Part shown: one piece after another, positions 27,892-38,384 of the stretch
Layout: the number at the start of each line of letters is the position of its first letter
How positions within the stretch are numbered: position 1 is the first letter of the stretch
Assembly (NCBI GenBank): GCA_022736715.1
Contig: DZDJ01000002.1
Location: forward strand, 26,149-90,148
Reading direction: 5' to 3'
Origin: Edaphobacter aggregans
GTDB lineage: Bacteria > Acidobacteriota > Terriglobia > Terriglobales > Acidobacteriaceae
Length of the DNA stretch: 64,000 nt
Notes under the pieces: model-generated
Databases searched by the model: none
The model's input: the letters and a program-made list of their open reading frames with translations, nothing else
What the model was told of the DNA's origin: nothing
Program-made: the position numbers and the translations under genes

Positions 27892-29313
27892 ATGCAGAAA
27901 GCTTATAACGACAGTGCGTTGCCCGTCGGGGGCGAAGTCATCCAATATGCAGACGGCCAGTACCAGGTGCCGGATCATCCGATTATTCCGTTCATAGAAG
28001 GCGATGGCACCGGGCGCGACATCTGGAAGGCATCGCAGCGTGTCTTCGATGCAGCCGTGGAGAAGGCTTACGGTGGCAAGCGCTCCGTGAAGTGGTTTGA
28101 GGTGCTGGCTGGGGAGAAATCCTATCGCAAAACGCAGAACTGGCTCCCGGACGATACAGTGGCCGCTGCGCGTGATTTGCGCGTGTCTATTAAAGGCCCG
28201 CTGACGACGCCGGTGGGCGGCGGCATTCGCTCGCTGAATGTTGCTCTGCGGCAGACGCTGGACCTGTACCAGTGCGTGCGCCCGGTGAAGTATTATCGCG
28301 GCGTTCCCAGCCCGGTAAAGCATCCGGAGAGGCTGGATGTCGTTATCTTCCGCGAAAACACGGAGGACATTTATGCTGGCATCGAGTTCCGCGAAGGCAC
28401 ACCGGAAGCGAAAAAGTTCATCGACTTTGTGAATGACGAGATGTTGAAGGGCGGCAAAAAGAAGATCCGTCCGGACTCCGGCGTTGGCGTCAAACCGATT
28501 TCCATTACCGGCTCCAGGCGGCTGGTGCGGGCCGCGATTCAGTTTGCTCTCAAGGAGGGCCGCAAGACGGTCACGCTGGTGCACAAGGGCAACATTCAGA
28601 AGTTTACCGAAGGTGCCTTCCGCGAATGGGGTTATGAAGTTGCCACGCAGGAGTTCCGCCAGCAGACGGTGACCGAGCGTGAAAGCTGGATTCTGGGTAA
28701 CCTGGAGGCAAATCCAAACCTGACAATTGAGCAGAATGCCGCGCTGATTGAGCCGGGCATTGAGTTTGCCCCCGCCGAATTCGGCAAGCAGGTTTGCGCG
28801 GAAGTGAAAGGCGTCATCGACACGATTGGCGCATCGCATGGTGGAGGCAAATGGAAGCAGAAGGTCCTGGTAAATGACCGCATTGCCGACTCGATCTTCC
28901 AGCAGATCATCATTCGTCCGGAAGACTACAGCGTGCTGGCGACGACCAACCTGAACGGCGACTATATCTCCGACGCAGCGGCTGCGCAGGTTGGCGGTCT
29001 GGGAATTGCGCCCGGTGCGAATATCGGCGATGGGTTCGCAGTTTTTGAGGCCACGCATGGCACTGCGCCGAAATACGCGGACAAGGACGTAATCAATCCC
29101 GGCTCGGTGATGCTGAGCGGCGTGATGCTCTTTGATTTTCTGGGCTGGAGCGAAGCAGCCCGGTTGATTGAGAACTCCATGGAGACGACCATTCAGCAGA
29201 AATATGTGACCTACGACTTCGAGCGCCAGATGGAAGGTGCAACCAAGGCGCGGACCAGCGAATTTGCAACCCGCATGATTGAAAACATGGAAAAAGTCTT
29301 TGCCACGAGATAG
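27892..29313 (+). CDS. icd: NADP-dependent isocitrate dehydrogenase (473 aa, long clasp insertion)
   Basis: [69 protein letters not shown] and [12 protein letters not shown] are collinear with E. coli Icd as I recall it. Confidence 0.92.
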   Translation: MQKAYNDSALPVGGEVIQYADGQYQVPDHPIIPFIEGDGTGRDIWKASQRVFDAAVEKAYGGKRSVKWFEVLAGEKSYRKTQNWLPDDTVAAARDLRVSIKGPLTTPVGGGIRSLNVALRQTLDLYQCVRPVKYYRGVPSPVKHPERLDVVIFRENTEDIYAGIEFREGTPEAKKFIDFVNDEMLKGGKKKIRPDSGVGVKPISITGSRRLVRAAIQFALKEGRKTVTLVHKGNIQKFTEGAFREWGYEVATQEFRQQTVTERESWILGNLEANPNLTIEQNAALIEPGIEFAPAEFGKQVCAEVKGVIDTIGASHGGGKWKQKVLVNDRIADSIFQQIIIRPEDYSVLATTNLNGDYISDAAAAQVGGLGIAPGANIGDGFAVFEATHGTAPKYADKDVINPGSVMLSGVMLFDFLGWSEAARLIENSMETTIQQKYVTYDFERQMEGATKARTSEFATRMIENMEKVFATR

Positions 29314-30306
<993 letters not shown>

Positions 30307-30319
30307 GCTGCCGGGCGCA

Positions 30320-30360
30320 GCAAGAGAAAAGGACCCGTATCCGCGGGTCTTTTCTCTTGC
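30320..30360. terminator. long hairpin between convergent mdh and cyclophilin genes (probable bidirectional terminator)
   Basis: 16-bp stem with one bulge, GCAAGAGAAAAGGACCC / GGGTCTTTTCTCTTGC, and an 8-nt loop. The U/A runs lie inside the stem arms. Confidence 0.5.
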
Positions 30361-30372
30361 TTACGGAAAAAG

Positions 30373-30900
30373 CTAGACGCGCTCGATAACGAGGCTCTCA
30401 ATCACCACTGGCTTGTTCGGCTTGTCCTGCGAGTTGCGCGCCATGTTGGAAATCTTCTCAACGTTGGCATAGCCCTCCACCACTTCGCCGAAAATGGTGT
30501 GCCGTCCCGTTAGCCACAGTGTCGGGGCAACCGTGATGAAGAACTGCGAACCATTGGTGTTCGGGCCGGCATTGGCCATGGCGAGTATCCCAGGCTTGTC
30601 AAAGCTGTGTGGAGAGCCCTTGGTTTCGTCGGCAAACCGATAGCCCGGGCCGCCCATTCCCGTGCCGGCCGGGTCTCCGCCCTGAATCATGAACTGGGGA
30701 ATCACGCGGTGGAAGATGGTGCCATCATAGAGCTTGTTCTTGGACTTTTCACCGGTTGCCGGGTGGCTCCACTCGCGTGCGCCTTCTGCCAGTTCCACAA
30801 AGTTGGCAACGGTGGCTGGGGCGTCCTGCTCAAAGAGGCGGCAAACGATGGTGCCTTCGGAGGTGTTGAATACTGCATAGGTTCCGGGTGTGCGGGACAT
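30373..30900 (-). CDS. peptidylprolyl isomerase, cyclophilin type (cytoplasmic)
   Basis: [25 protein letters not shown] and [23 protein letters not shown] 30900 (MSRTPGTYAVF). Confidence 0.9.
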   Translation of the reverse strand: MSRTPGTYAVFNTSEGTIVCRLFEQDAPATVANFVELAEGAREWSHPATGEKSKNKLYDGTIFHRVIPQFMIQGGDPAGTGMGGPGYRFADETKGSPHSFDKPGILAMANAGPNTNGSQFFITVAPTLWLTGRHTIFGEVVEGYANVEKISNMARNSQDKPNKPVVIESLVIERV

Positions 30901-30919
30901 GAAATTCGTTCTCCTGAAA

Positions 30920-31735
30920 TTACTGTGGGGTTGAGGTGGCAGGCGGCTCCGGCTGAGCTGGAGCCGCTGAAGAGGTGGCAGGAGCGGGGAGTGGCGGCAT
31001 CGGCTCGCCATCGCGCACAACCGTGACCTTGTCGAGCACCACGTTGGTCAGCGGCTTGTCATTGGCGTCCCGCGCAACGCGCGCAATGGACTGCACAATC
31101 AGCACAGAATGCGGATCGCATTGGCCAAAAATGGTGTAGTGCTGGTCCAGCTCGTCATTGGGCTGTTCGGTGATGAAAAACTGCGAGCCGTTGGTGTTCG
31201 GGCCGGAATTGGCCATCGCCAGTCGGCCGGCGGCGTCAAAGTTCAGGTCAGGATCCAGCTCGTCGTTGAAGTAATAGCCGGGGTCACCCATACCTGTTCC
31301 GGTGGGGTCGCCGCCCTGAATCATAAAGCCAGGAATCACACGATGGAAGAGGGTGCCATCGTAGAAACGCTTCCCGTGTATCTTTTTGTGCGTGGCCGGA
31401 TCGGTCCAGTCCTTTGTGCCTTCAGCAAGGCCAATAAAGTTGGCCACGGCTACGGGAGCTTCCTGCTGAAACAGCTTGCAGGTGATGCGCCCCATGCTGG
31501 TGTCCATCACCACCGTTGGACCGGTTGGCACTGGAGCAGGCTTTACCTGCGCGGTTGCGCTGGTAGGGGCATCCGGCAACTCGTCCGCACTTTGGCTTGC
31601 AGTGGCTGGCGGGGCAGATTGCTGCTGTGTGGATGCCGGCGCAGAGCCGGACTGGGTGGTGGAATCCGTACCCGTCTGCGCATAGAGTGGCAGTGCGGCA
31701 AACAACAGGGCTGCGACTAAAAAACGTGATTTCAT
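30920..31735 (-). CDS. peptidylprolyl isomerase, cyclophilin type (secreted, low-complexity linker)
   Basis: Signal peptide [19 protein letters not shown], a Ser/Thr/Ala/Pro-rich linker, then [25 protein letters not shown] and [18 protein letters not shown]. Confidence 0.88.
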   Translation of the reverse strand: MKSRFLVAALLFAALPLYAQTGTDSTTQSGSAPASTQQQSAPPATASQSADELPDAPTSATAQVKPAPVPTGPTVVMDTSMGRITCKLFQQEAPVAVANFIGLAEGTKDWTDPATHKKIHGKRFYDGTLFHRVIPGFMIQGGDPTGTGMGDPGYYFNDELDPDLNFDAAGRLAMANSGPNTNGSQFFITEQPNDELDQHYTIFGQCDPHSVLIVQSIARVARDANDKPLTNVVLDKVTVVRDGEPMPPLPAPATSSAAPAQPEPPATSTPQ

Positions 31736-31802
31736 GCGTATGTTGCTCCAACGTTTTAGCCTAACGCACCCGGCGAAATGTGACAAAGGCGCTGGCAGTT
31801 CT

Positions 31803-32951
31803 TTATGCCCGCAGCTTTTTGCCAATCGCTTCCGTCTCCCGGAAGACGCGTAGCAGGTTGCCGCCGAGAATCTTTTGCATCTGCTCGGACGTGTAGCCGC
31901 GGGCCATTAGTGCGGCGGTGATCTTCGGCATGTCGGCAGCGGAATTTATTCCTTCCGGCGCGGCTGGAATCCCGTCAAAATCCGATCCGATTCCAACGTG
32001 ATCAATGCCGGCAACGCGGGCGATGTGGTCGAAGTGATCGATCAATGCTGAAAACGATGCACGCGGCAGCTTTGCCGCAAATTGCTTCAGAATGCGGTCA
32101 TGCTGCAATGCGGTGATGGACTGCCCCAGCGCCTGCAGGCGGTCCGCTTCCGCGGCCAGCGCGGCGCGCCGTTCCGGCTTTTGCGCTTCCCACTGCAAGC
32201 GCCACTGCTCATCGACAAATGCGGAAAAGAAATTCACCATCACAACGCCATTGGTTTCGGCCACCTGCCGGAACATGGCATCGGTAAGGTTGCGCGGCGA
32301 GTTACAGAGCCTGCGCGCATTGGAATGCGAAACCAGCACCGGGGCCTGCGTGGCCTCCAGTGCATCCTGAAAGGTTTTATCCGAGACATGCGAAAAATCC
32401 ACCATCATGCCCAGGCGGTTCATTTCACGGACCACTTCGCGGCCAAAGGCGGTCAATCCATTGTGATGCGGCACGCTGGGCTCATCCAGATCGCCGGAGG
32501 AGTCGGCCCATTCGTTGGAATTGGACCACGTCAGCGTCATGTAGCGGATGCCAAGTTGCGAATAGATACGCAGCAACCCCAGGTCATTTTCAATGCTATG
32601 GCCGCCCTCCAGCCCCATCAGGATTGCCAGCTTGCCATTGTCATGCGCCGCCAGAATATCGTCGGCAGAGTGGGCCAACTGCATGCGGTCCGGATGCCTG
32701 GCCGCCTGCTGCTGCACTGCATCGATCAGTGCCAGCGTGCGATGCGCGAAATGACCCTGGTGGAAGCTGGGTTCCACCCAGATTGCGAAAAATTCGGCCC
32801 CCAGATTCCCCTCGTGTGCGCTGGCAAAATTAAAGTGCCCGCCACGCAGATCCCCTGCCAGGTCAAAAGCCTCATCCAGCAGGCGTTGCGGAGTATCTGC
32901 GTGGGTATCGATGACAAGGGAGGCACGATGCAGGGAAATCGGGTCAGTCAT
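31803..32951 (-). CDS. membrane (renal-type) dipeptidase, peptidase family M19
   Basis: [37 protein letters not shown] and [10 protein letters not shown] motifs. ATG 32951. Confidence 0.85.
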   Translation of the reverse strand: MTDPISLHRASLVIDTHADTPQRLLDEAFDLAGDLRGGHFNFASAHEGNLGAEFFAIWVEPSFHQGHFAHRTLALIDAVQQQAARHPDRMQLAHSADDILAAHDNGKLAILMGLEGGHSIENDLGLLRIYSQLGIRYMTLTWSNSNEWADSSGDLDEPSVPHHNGLTAFGREVVREMNRLGMMVDFSHVSDKTFQDALEATQAPVLVSHSNARRLCNSPRNLTDAMFRQVAETNGVVMVNFFSAFVDEQWRLQWEAQKPERRAALAAEADRLQALGQSITALQHDRILKQFAAKLPRASFSALIDHFDHIARVAGIDHVGIGSDFDGIPAAPEGINSAADMPKITAALMARGYTSEQMQKILGGNLLRVFRETEAIGKKLRA

Positions 32952-33026
32952 TGGGCGTTCGTTTCTCTCTATCTGATTGTATGCGCTCCGATGCCGCAAG
33001 CAGTTCAGTATTCAAGTGAGGGAGGA

Positions 33027-33070
33027 GGAAAAGCAGAAAGCCCCTGAATAGAGCAACTCAGAGGCTTTTC
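33027..33070 (-). terminator. probable terminator after sdhB
   Basis: On the minus strand, GAAAAGCCTCTGA / TCAGGGGCTTTC stem followed by TGCTTTTCC. Confidence 0.5.
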
Positions 33071-33089
33071 CTGAAGAAGCAGATCAGGT

Positions 33090-33839
33090 TTAGCTGGTGA
33101 AGAAGTCCTTCACTTTTTGCACCATTACGTCGCGGCCCACATTGGAGATTGCCTTGGTCAGCGGTAGCTGCTTGGGGCAGGCCTGGATGCAATTCTGCGC
33201 ATAGCCGCACTCCTGCACGCCACCATCGCCAGCCAGCGCGCGGAGCCGCTCTTCCTTGAGCACGGCGCCCGTTGGGTCTTCGTTGAAGAGGTACGCCTGT
33301 GCAATGGTCGCCGCGCCTACGAAATTGGTGGACTCATTGAACTGCGGGCAAACCTCCATGCAGCAGCAGCACGAGATGCAGTTCGACAGTGGATAGCGCT
33401 CTTCCTGCAACTGCGGCAGCACACGAGGGCCAGAGCCGAGGTCGTAGGTGCCATCGATCGGAACCCAGGCCTTGACGGCCTTCAGGTTCTCAAAAAGCAC
33501 GCTGCGGTCGACAGCGAGGTCGCGCACCACGGGGAATTTCGACAGAGGCTCCAGTTTGATTGGCTGCTCCAGCTTGTCGACCAGCGCTGAACAGGCCATG
33601 CGGGCTTTGCCGTTGATGAGCATGGCGCAGGAGCCGCAGATCTCCTCCAGGCAGTTGGAGTCGTAAGTGATTGGCGTGGTGGACTTGCCTTCGCACGTCA
33701 CCGGGTTGCAGGCAACCTCTCCCAGCAGGGAGGTGATGTTCATGTTCGGGCGATACGCTATCTCGAAGTTTTCGACGGCAGCTTTGCCGTCGGGGCCATT
33801 CTGGCGCTTGATTTCAACCTTGATGGTGCGCTCTGCCAT
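33090..33839 (-). CDS. sdhB: succinate dehydrogenase/fumarate reductase iron-sulfur subunit
   Basis: Three Cys clusters: CLEEICGSCAMLING..C, CISCCCCMEVCP and CGYAQNCIQACP. Confidence 0.92.
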   Translation of the reverse strand: MAERTIKVEIKRQNGPDGKAAVENFEIAYRPNMNITSLLGEVACNPVTCEGKSTTPITYDSNCLEEICGSCAMLINGKARMACSALVDKLEQPIKLEPLSKFPVVRDLAVDRSVLFENLKAVKAWVPIDGTYDLGSGPRVLPQLQEERYPLSNCISCCCCMEVCPQFNESTNFVGAATIAQAYLFNEDPTGAVLKEERLRALAGDGGVQECGYAQNCIQACPKQLPLTKAISNVGRDVMVQKVKDFFTS

Positions 33840-33935
33840 TTTCTTACCTCAGGGGCTAAAGCCCGGATTCTTTCGTGCTGTCCTGCCAGGGGCCAAAGCC
33901 CCCCACACCTGCCTCAGAAAGCTGCCGTCGCCAGT

Positions 33936-35717
33936 CTAGCTTGTTGCGTCATAGCGGCGTGGACGCGGCGGAATGTGCTGCGTATCCACGGCCTCAAACT
34001 CGAAGCGGGGCTCGTCGGCATCCGGCGCAAAACAGGCCTTCGTGGTCTTCAGGAACTTCTCATCATTGCGCTCCGGGAAGTCCGGCTTGTAATGCGCGCC
34101 GCGCGACTCGTCCCGCAGTGCTGCTCCTTGTACCACTACACGGCTCAGTTGCAGCATGTTATAGAGTTGGCGGCTGAAGGCGAAGCTGGTATTGGCCCAG
34201 GAACTTTTGTCGCTCAAATTGATGTTGCGGTAGCGTTGCAGCAGTTCCACAATCTTTTCGTCTGCTTCCTTCAGCCCCTTGTTGTAACGGAGGATGGTGG
34301 CGTGCTTGGTCATGGTGTCGCCCAGTTCGCGCCACAACTTGAAGGGATTTTCCGTGCCGGAGGAGTTCAGCAGCACATTGTTCAGTTCCAGCTGGCGCTG
34401 CTTTTCTGCTGCATGGCCGCCATCGCCATCCTGTGCTGGCAGGCTCTTGGCATAGGCCATTGCATTGGGCCCGGCGACAAACCCACCGTGGATGCAGGAG
34501 AGCAGGGAATTGGCGCCAAGACGGTTTGCGCCGTGGATGGAGTAATCGGCCTCGCCAGCCGCGAATACACCGGGGATATTCGTCTTCTGGTCGAAGTCCA
34601 CCCAAAGGCCGCCCATGGTGTAGTGCATGCCGGGGAAAATCTTCATGGGCGTATCACGCGGATCGTCGCCGACAAACTTCTCATAGATTTCGAGAATGCC
34701 TTCCAGTTTGCGGTTGAGTGTCTCGCGGTCAATGTGCGTCAGGTCAAGGTAAACCATCGGCTGACCGTCGATGCCCATGTGGTGCTCGTAGACCACTTTG
34801 AAAATGGCGCGTGTGGCCACGTCACGCGGCACCAGGTTGCCATATTTCGGATACCACTCTTCCAGAAAGTACCAGCGCTCGTTTTCCGGAATCGACTTGG
34901 GATCGCGCTTGTCGTTGGGATTTTTCGGTACCCACACACGCCCACCTTCGCCGCGGGCCGACTCCGACATCAGACGGAGCTTGTCTTCGCCGGGAATCGT
35001 TGTTGGGTGTACCTGAATAAACTCTCCGTTGGCGTAATAGGCTCCTTGCTGGTACAGGGCCGATTGCGCCGAGCCGGTGCAGACGACCGAGTTGGTCGAC
35101 TTGCCGAAGATGGCCCCAATGCCGCCGGTGCAGACGATGATCGCATCTGCCGGGAAGGTGCGCACTTCCATGCTGCGCAGATCCATGGCGCAGATGCCGC
35201 GGCAGACTCCCCTGGAGTCGAGCACAGCGGAGAGAAATTCCCAGCCCTCATATTTGGTCACGCGGCCTTCGGACTCGAACCGGCGTACCTGTTCATCGAG
35301 CGCATACAGCAACTGCTGCCCGGTGGTGGCTCCTGCAAAGGCGGTACGGTTGTAGAGCGTGCCGCCAAAGCGGCGGAAGTCCAGCAACCCTTCCGGAGTG
35401 CGGTTGAAGGGCACGCCCATGCGGTCCAGCAGGTCAATAATGCCGGGGCCAGCCTCGCACATCCGCTTCACCGGCGTCTGATTGGCCAGAAAGTCGCCGC
35501 CGTAAATGGTGTCATCAAAATGCTTGAAGGTGGTGTCGCCTTCGCCCTTCAGGTTCTTGGCGGAGTTGATGCCTCCCTGCGCGCATACGGAGTGCGATCG
35601 TTTGACTGGTACGATCGAGAAAAGATCCACCTTGCCGCCAGCCTCTGCAATCTTAATGACGGCCGAAAGTCCGGCCAGTCCGCCGCCGACTACGATGATG
35701 CGTGGTGTCGCTGCCAT
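33936..35717 (-). CDS. sdhA: succinate dehydrogenase/fumarate reductase flavoprotein subunit
   Basis: IIVVGGGLAGLSA dinucleotide fold and RSHSVCAQGGINSA (covalent-FAD His). ATG 35717 with an AAAGGA RBS; TTG 35726 is the ORF maximum. Confidence 0.92.
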   Translation of the reverse strand: MAATPRIIVVGGGLAGLSAVIKIAEAGGKVDLFSIVPVKRSHSVCAQGGINSAKNLKGEGDTTFKHFDDTIYGGDFLANQTPVKRMCEAGPGIIDLLDRMGVPFNRTPEGLLDFRRFGGTLYNRTAFAGATTGQQLLYALDEQVRRFESEGRVTKYEGWEFLSAVLDSRGVCRGICAMDLRSMEVRTFPADAIIVCTGGIGAIFGKSTNSVVCTGSAQSALYQQGAYYANGEFIQVHPTTIPGEDKLRLMSESARGEGGRVWVPKNPNDKRDPKSIPENERWYFLEEWYPKYGNLVPRDVATRAIFKVVYEHHMGIDGQPMVYLDLTHIDRETLNRKLEGILEIYEKFVGDDPRDTPMKIFPGMHYTMGGLWVDFDQKTNIPGVFAAGEADYSIHGANRLGANSLLSCIHGGFVAGPNAMAYAKSLPAQDGDGGHAAEKQRQLELNNVLLNSSGTENPFKLWRELGDTMTKHATILRYNKGLKEADEKIVELLQRYRNINLSDKSSWANTSFAFSRQLYNMLQLSRVVVQGAALRDESRGAHYKPDFPERNDEKFLKTTKACFAPDADEPRFEFEAVDTQHIPPRPRRYDATS

Positions 35718-35737
35718 TGTTGCCAATCCTTTCTCTA

Positions 35738-36517
35738 CTACTTCGCCGCCGCGGCTGCGGTGGTTGCAGCGGACGGCGCCGCAGAGTTCATGCTCTGCTG
35801 TGTTGTGGTCAAATCCGCCGGCGCGTTTCTGTACCAGGGGCCAACAAAAGCAACTGCGCTGGCGATGCCGATGGCCATCAGCACAACAGCCAGTGCTGTG
35901 GTCACATATCCAAAGCGCTTACGGGCCCTTGTGCCAGGCGTAATGCCCCACTTGGCGGCGAACAACCATATGCCATAGGAAAAGTGCCAGCTTACGGCAA
36001 TAATGCCGAGAATGTAGAAGGCAAACATCCACGGGTTGGAAAGCTCATGCTGCACCTTGGCAAAGGATGCTGCCGGATGGTCTGCCAGGCGGACACCGGC
36101 GAAGCGCATGGTGTAGACATGCTGTGCGATGTAGACGAAGGCGATGCCGCCAGTCCAGCGCTGTGCTGTATATAGCCAATTGCCGGCCCAAGGATAAACT
36201 ACCGTATTCGACTGGCCGCGCGACCATATATAGAGCCCGTACAGCGCATGATAGAGAATGGGCAGAAAGATAAAGGTCCACTCCAGAAAAGGCACCCAGG
36301 GCAGACTGTTGAGGAACTTAACCTGCGCTGCATAGGCAGCCGGACCTTTGATGGCCTCGGCGTTGGACAGAAAATGCTCGATCAGAAAAGCGCCGATGGG
36401 GATGATGCCGGACAGGGAATGCAGCTTGCGCAGCAGAAAGGAGTGTCCCTGGCCTGCGCGGAGTGGTTTTACGCCACGCTGACTCGTGGAGGGTGCTGGG
36501 TGGGCGGCGGTTGCCAT
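35738..36517 (-). CDS. sdhC: succinate dehydrogenase cytochrome b558 subunit (Bacillus-type, 5 TM)
   Basis: 259-aa polytopic ORF immediately upstream of sdhA/sdhB with His-containing TM helices. The sdhCAB order is typical of type-B menaquinone-dependent enzymes. Confidence 0.8.
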   Translation of the reverse strand: MATAAHPAPSTSQRGVKPLRAGQGHSFLLRKLHSLSGIIPIGAFLIEHFLSNAEAIKGPAAYAAQVKFLNSLPWVPFLEWTFIFLPILYHALYGLYIWSRGQSNTVVYPWAGNWLYTAQRWTGGIAFVYIAQHVYTMRFAGVRLADHPAASFAKVQHELSNPWMFAFYILGIIAVSWHFSYGIWLFAAKWGITPGTRARKRFGYVTTALAVVLMAIGIASAVAFVGPWYRNAPADLTTTQQSMNSAAPSAATTAAAAAK

Positions 36518-36686
36518 AGGATGCTTGCTCCTTTTGAATCAGGGCAGAGATGAAAAGGACAGAACTGAACAGGCTCAATCCGAAGAACCATTATTCCGGT
36601 TGGAAACAGTGTCAGTCAAGGATGGAAGTGCGTAATTCATTGAAAATGCTGGATTATTCATGTCGATAATCGCGCCATTGTGCGAA
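36421..36686. repeat. 266-bp direct repeat, copy 1 (sdhC codons 1-32 plus 169 bp upstream)
   Basis: Identical to 37984-38249 at a fixed offset of 1563 bp, except 36446 (T vs C, synonymous GGA/GGG in sdhC) and 36681 (T vs C). Confidence 0.9.
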
Positions 36687-36809
36687 TTATGGCACGTGAG
36701 AAACTCGAATGATTGCTCTGCATCCCCAATCAGGTCTTGGCAGAGTCTATTGAACTGGTGTGAATTTTCTGTTTTGCGGCATTATTGCAAACATCTTGAG
36801 GGTAACGGC

Positions 36810-37928
36810 TTGAATTTTGGAATAAAGCCCGTGGTTCTTGCTTTCTGCGTGCTTTGCGCGGGATGCTTGCCGGCGCAGCAGCGGGCGGCGGACAGGCAGC
36901 AGAGCGCGGCCGACAAATTGATTGCGGAAGGGCACTATCTGCGAGCGCAGCCGCTGGTACAGGAGGCGCTTGGGCGAAATCCAAAGGATGTGCATTCGCT
37001 GGCGCAGGAGTCGATTCTGCGCTGGGCCTTCTATCAGGAGAACGAGTTTCTGGCTGAGGCGCAGAAAGTGGCGGCGGCGGCTGATAATTCTGCGGAGGCG
37101 CATGCGCAGCTAGCCAATGCCCTGGGAGAAAAGCTGGCCAGCGGTTCGACGGGGATGATGGCCAGAATGAGCGCAGCCAGGGGATTTCGTAAAGAGGCCG
37201 AGCGCACGCTGGAACTGAACCCTGGCAATGCTGATGCGTTGCAGGATATGGCTGAATTCTACTGGCACGCGCCGAAATTTGTCGGAGGGGACAAGGAGAA
37301 AGCGCGGCAGATGGTGGAGCAGTTGATGCGGGTGGACTCGGTGCGCGCATACGCTTTGCGTGCTGAATTTGCGGCTGATGCTACTGACACGTCGGCTCGG
37401 AAGAGCGCAGTTGAGGCGATATGGCAACAGGCGGTGTCTGCGCGGCCAGACAGCTACCGGGCACGGACCGGGCTTGCTGAAAGCTACCTTGCGGAAGGCG
37501 GGGACAAGTTGCGGCTGGCCGAGATGGAGGCAAAGAAGGCAGTCGCGTTGAATGCGTCGCGTATCGGGGGCTATCGTCTTCTGGCCGATGTTTATGCGAC
37601 GGAGGGACGGTGGAGCGACCTGGACGCGGTCTTGAGGCAGTCCCGGTCACAGGTGCCGGATGACCTGAGCCCGATGTACGAGGCGGCCCAGTCGATCCTG
37701 GTGACGAACGCTGCGCGGCAGTTGGGGCGTGCGGAGACGTATCTGCGCGACTATTTGCAGCAGCCCACCGAGGGACAGGAGCCCACGCTTGGCGCAGCGC
37801 ACTGGCGGCTGGGACTTGTGCTGGAGAAGGAAGGTAAAAAGAGCGATGCCGTGCGCGAATTGCAGACGGCGGTGAATATGGACCCCTCACTGGATGGGGC
37901 AAAGAAGGATTTGAAGAGGCTGAGATAG
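36810..37928 (+). CDS. secreted TPR-repeat protein
   Basis: Ala/Leu/Tyr-rich TPR-like repeats (AEGHYLRAQPLVQEALGRNPKD...; LGLVLEKEGKKSDAVRELQTAVNMDP). The hydrophobic signal (PVVLAFCVLCAGCLPAQQ) has no ATG in front of it, so TTG 36810 or GTG 36831 is assumed. The ORF maximum is ATG 36660. Confidence 0.65.
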   Translation: MNFGIKPVVLAFCVLCAGCLPAQQRAADRQQSAADKLIAEGHYLRAQPLVQEALGRNPKDVHSLAQESILRWAFYQENEFLAEAQKVAAAADNSAEAHAQLANALGEKLASGSTGMMARMSAARGFRKEAERTLELNPGNADALQDMAEFYWHAPKFVGGDKEKARQMVEQLMRVDSVRAYALRAEFAADATDTSARKSAVEAIWQQAVSARPDSYRARTGLAESYLAEGGDKLRLAEMEAKKAVALNASRIGGYRLLADVYATEGRWSDLDAVLRQSRSQVPDDLSPMYEAAQSILVTNAARQLGRAETYLRDYLQQPTEGQEPTLGAAHWRLGLVLEKEGKKSDAVRELQTAVNMDPSLDGAKKDLKRLR

Positions 37929-37983
37929 GCGTCGTTGGCTGAAGCCTGGAGCATTTCTCCTGTAGGTATACGCCGAAGCTGAA

Positions 37984-38080
37984 GCAGCTTGCGCAGCAGA
38001 AAGGAGTGCCCCTGGCCTGCGCGGAGTGGTTTTACGCCACGCTGACTCGTGGAGGGTGCTGGGTGGGCGGCGGTTGCCAT
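37984..38080 (-). pseudogene. duplicated 5' fragment of sdhC (first 32 codons) fused to antisense of the TPR gene
   Basis: The minus-strand ORF 37751-38080 starts MATAAHPAPSTSQRGVKPLRAGQGHSFLLRKL, identical to the SdhC N-terminus. It then diverges into low-complexity sequence antisense to the TPR gene 3' end. Confidence 0.8.
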
Positions 38081-38249
38081 AGGATGCTTGCTCCTTTTGA
38101 ATCAGGGCAGAGATGAAAAGGACAGAACTGAACAGGCTCAATCCGAAGAACCATTATTCCGGTTGGAAACAGTGTCAGTCAAGGATGGAAGTGCGTAATT
38201 CATTGAAAATGCTGGATTATTCATGTCGATAATCGCGCCATTGCGCGAA
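37984..38249. repeat. 266-bp direct repeat, copy 2
   Basis: See copy 1. Lies between the TPR gene stop (37928) and the 3' end of the LacI gene (38385). Confidence 0.9.
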
Positions 38250-38384
38250 AAATCCAAATGCAAAAGCTCGTAGTGCGATAGATCAATACTTTGGCGGGTA
38301 GCACTCCGAAAATATATTTCTGCGGCCTGGAAGGAAGCGCAGCCACGAATACAGGTGGTTCGTGACCGCGCCGGGCGGGAACAC

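Noticed and set aside
33975-35978. 667-aa plus-strand ORF, the longest unexplained ORF in the track
   Set aside because: It lies entirely antisense to sdhA/sdhC, which carry unmistakable motifs. Its translation is Arg/Gly/Ala/His-rich low complexity with no recognisable motif. This is a typical shadow ORF in high-GC DNA.
36660-36809. ATG 36660 as the start of the TPR protein (ORF-track maximum)
   Set aside because: This ATG lies inside the duplicated 266-bp segment. The identical ATG in copy 2 (38223) opens only a 16-codon ORF, and the 50 residues it would add precede the signal-like hydrophobic segment. An internal TTG or GTG start is more plausible but unproven.
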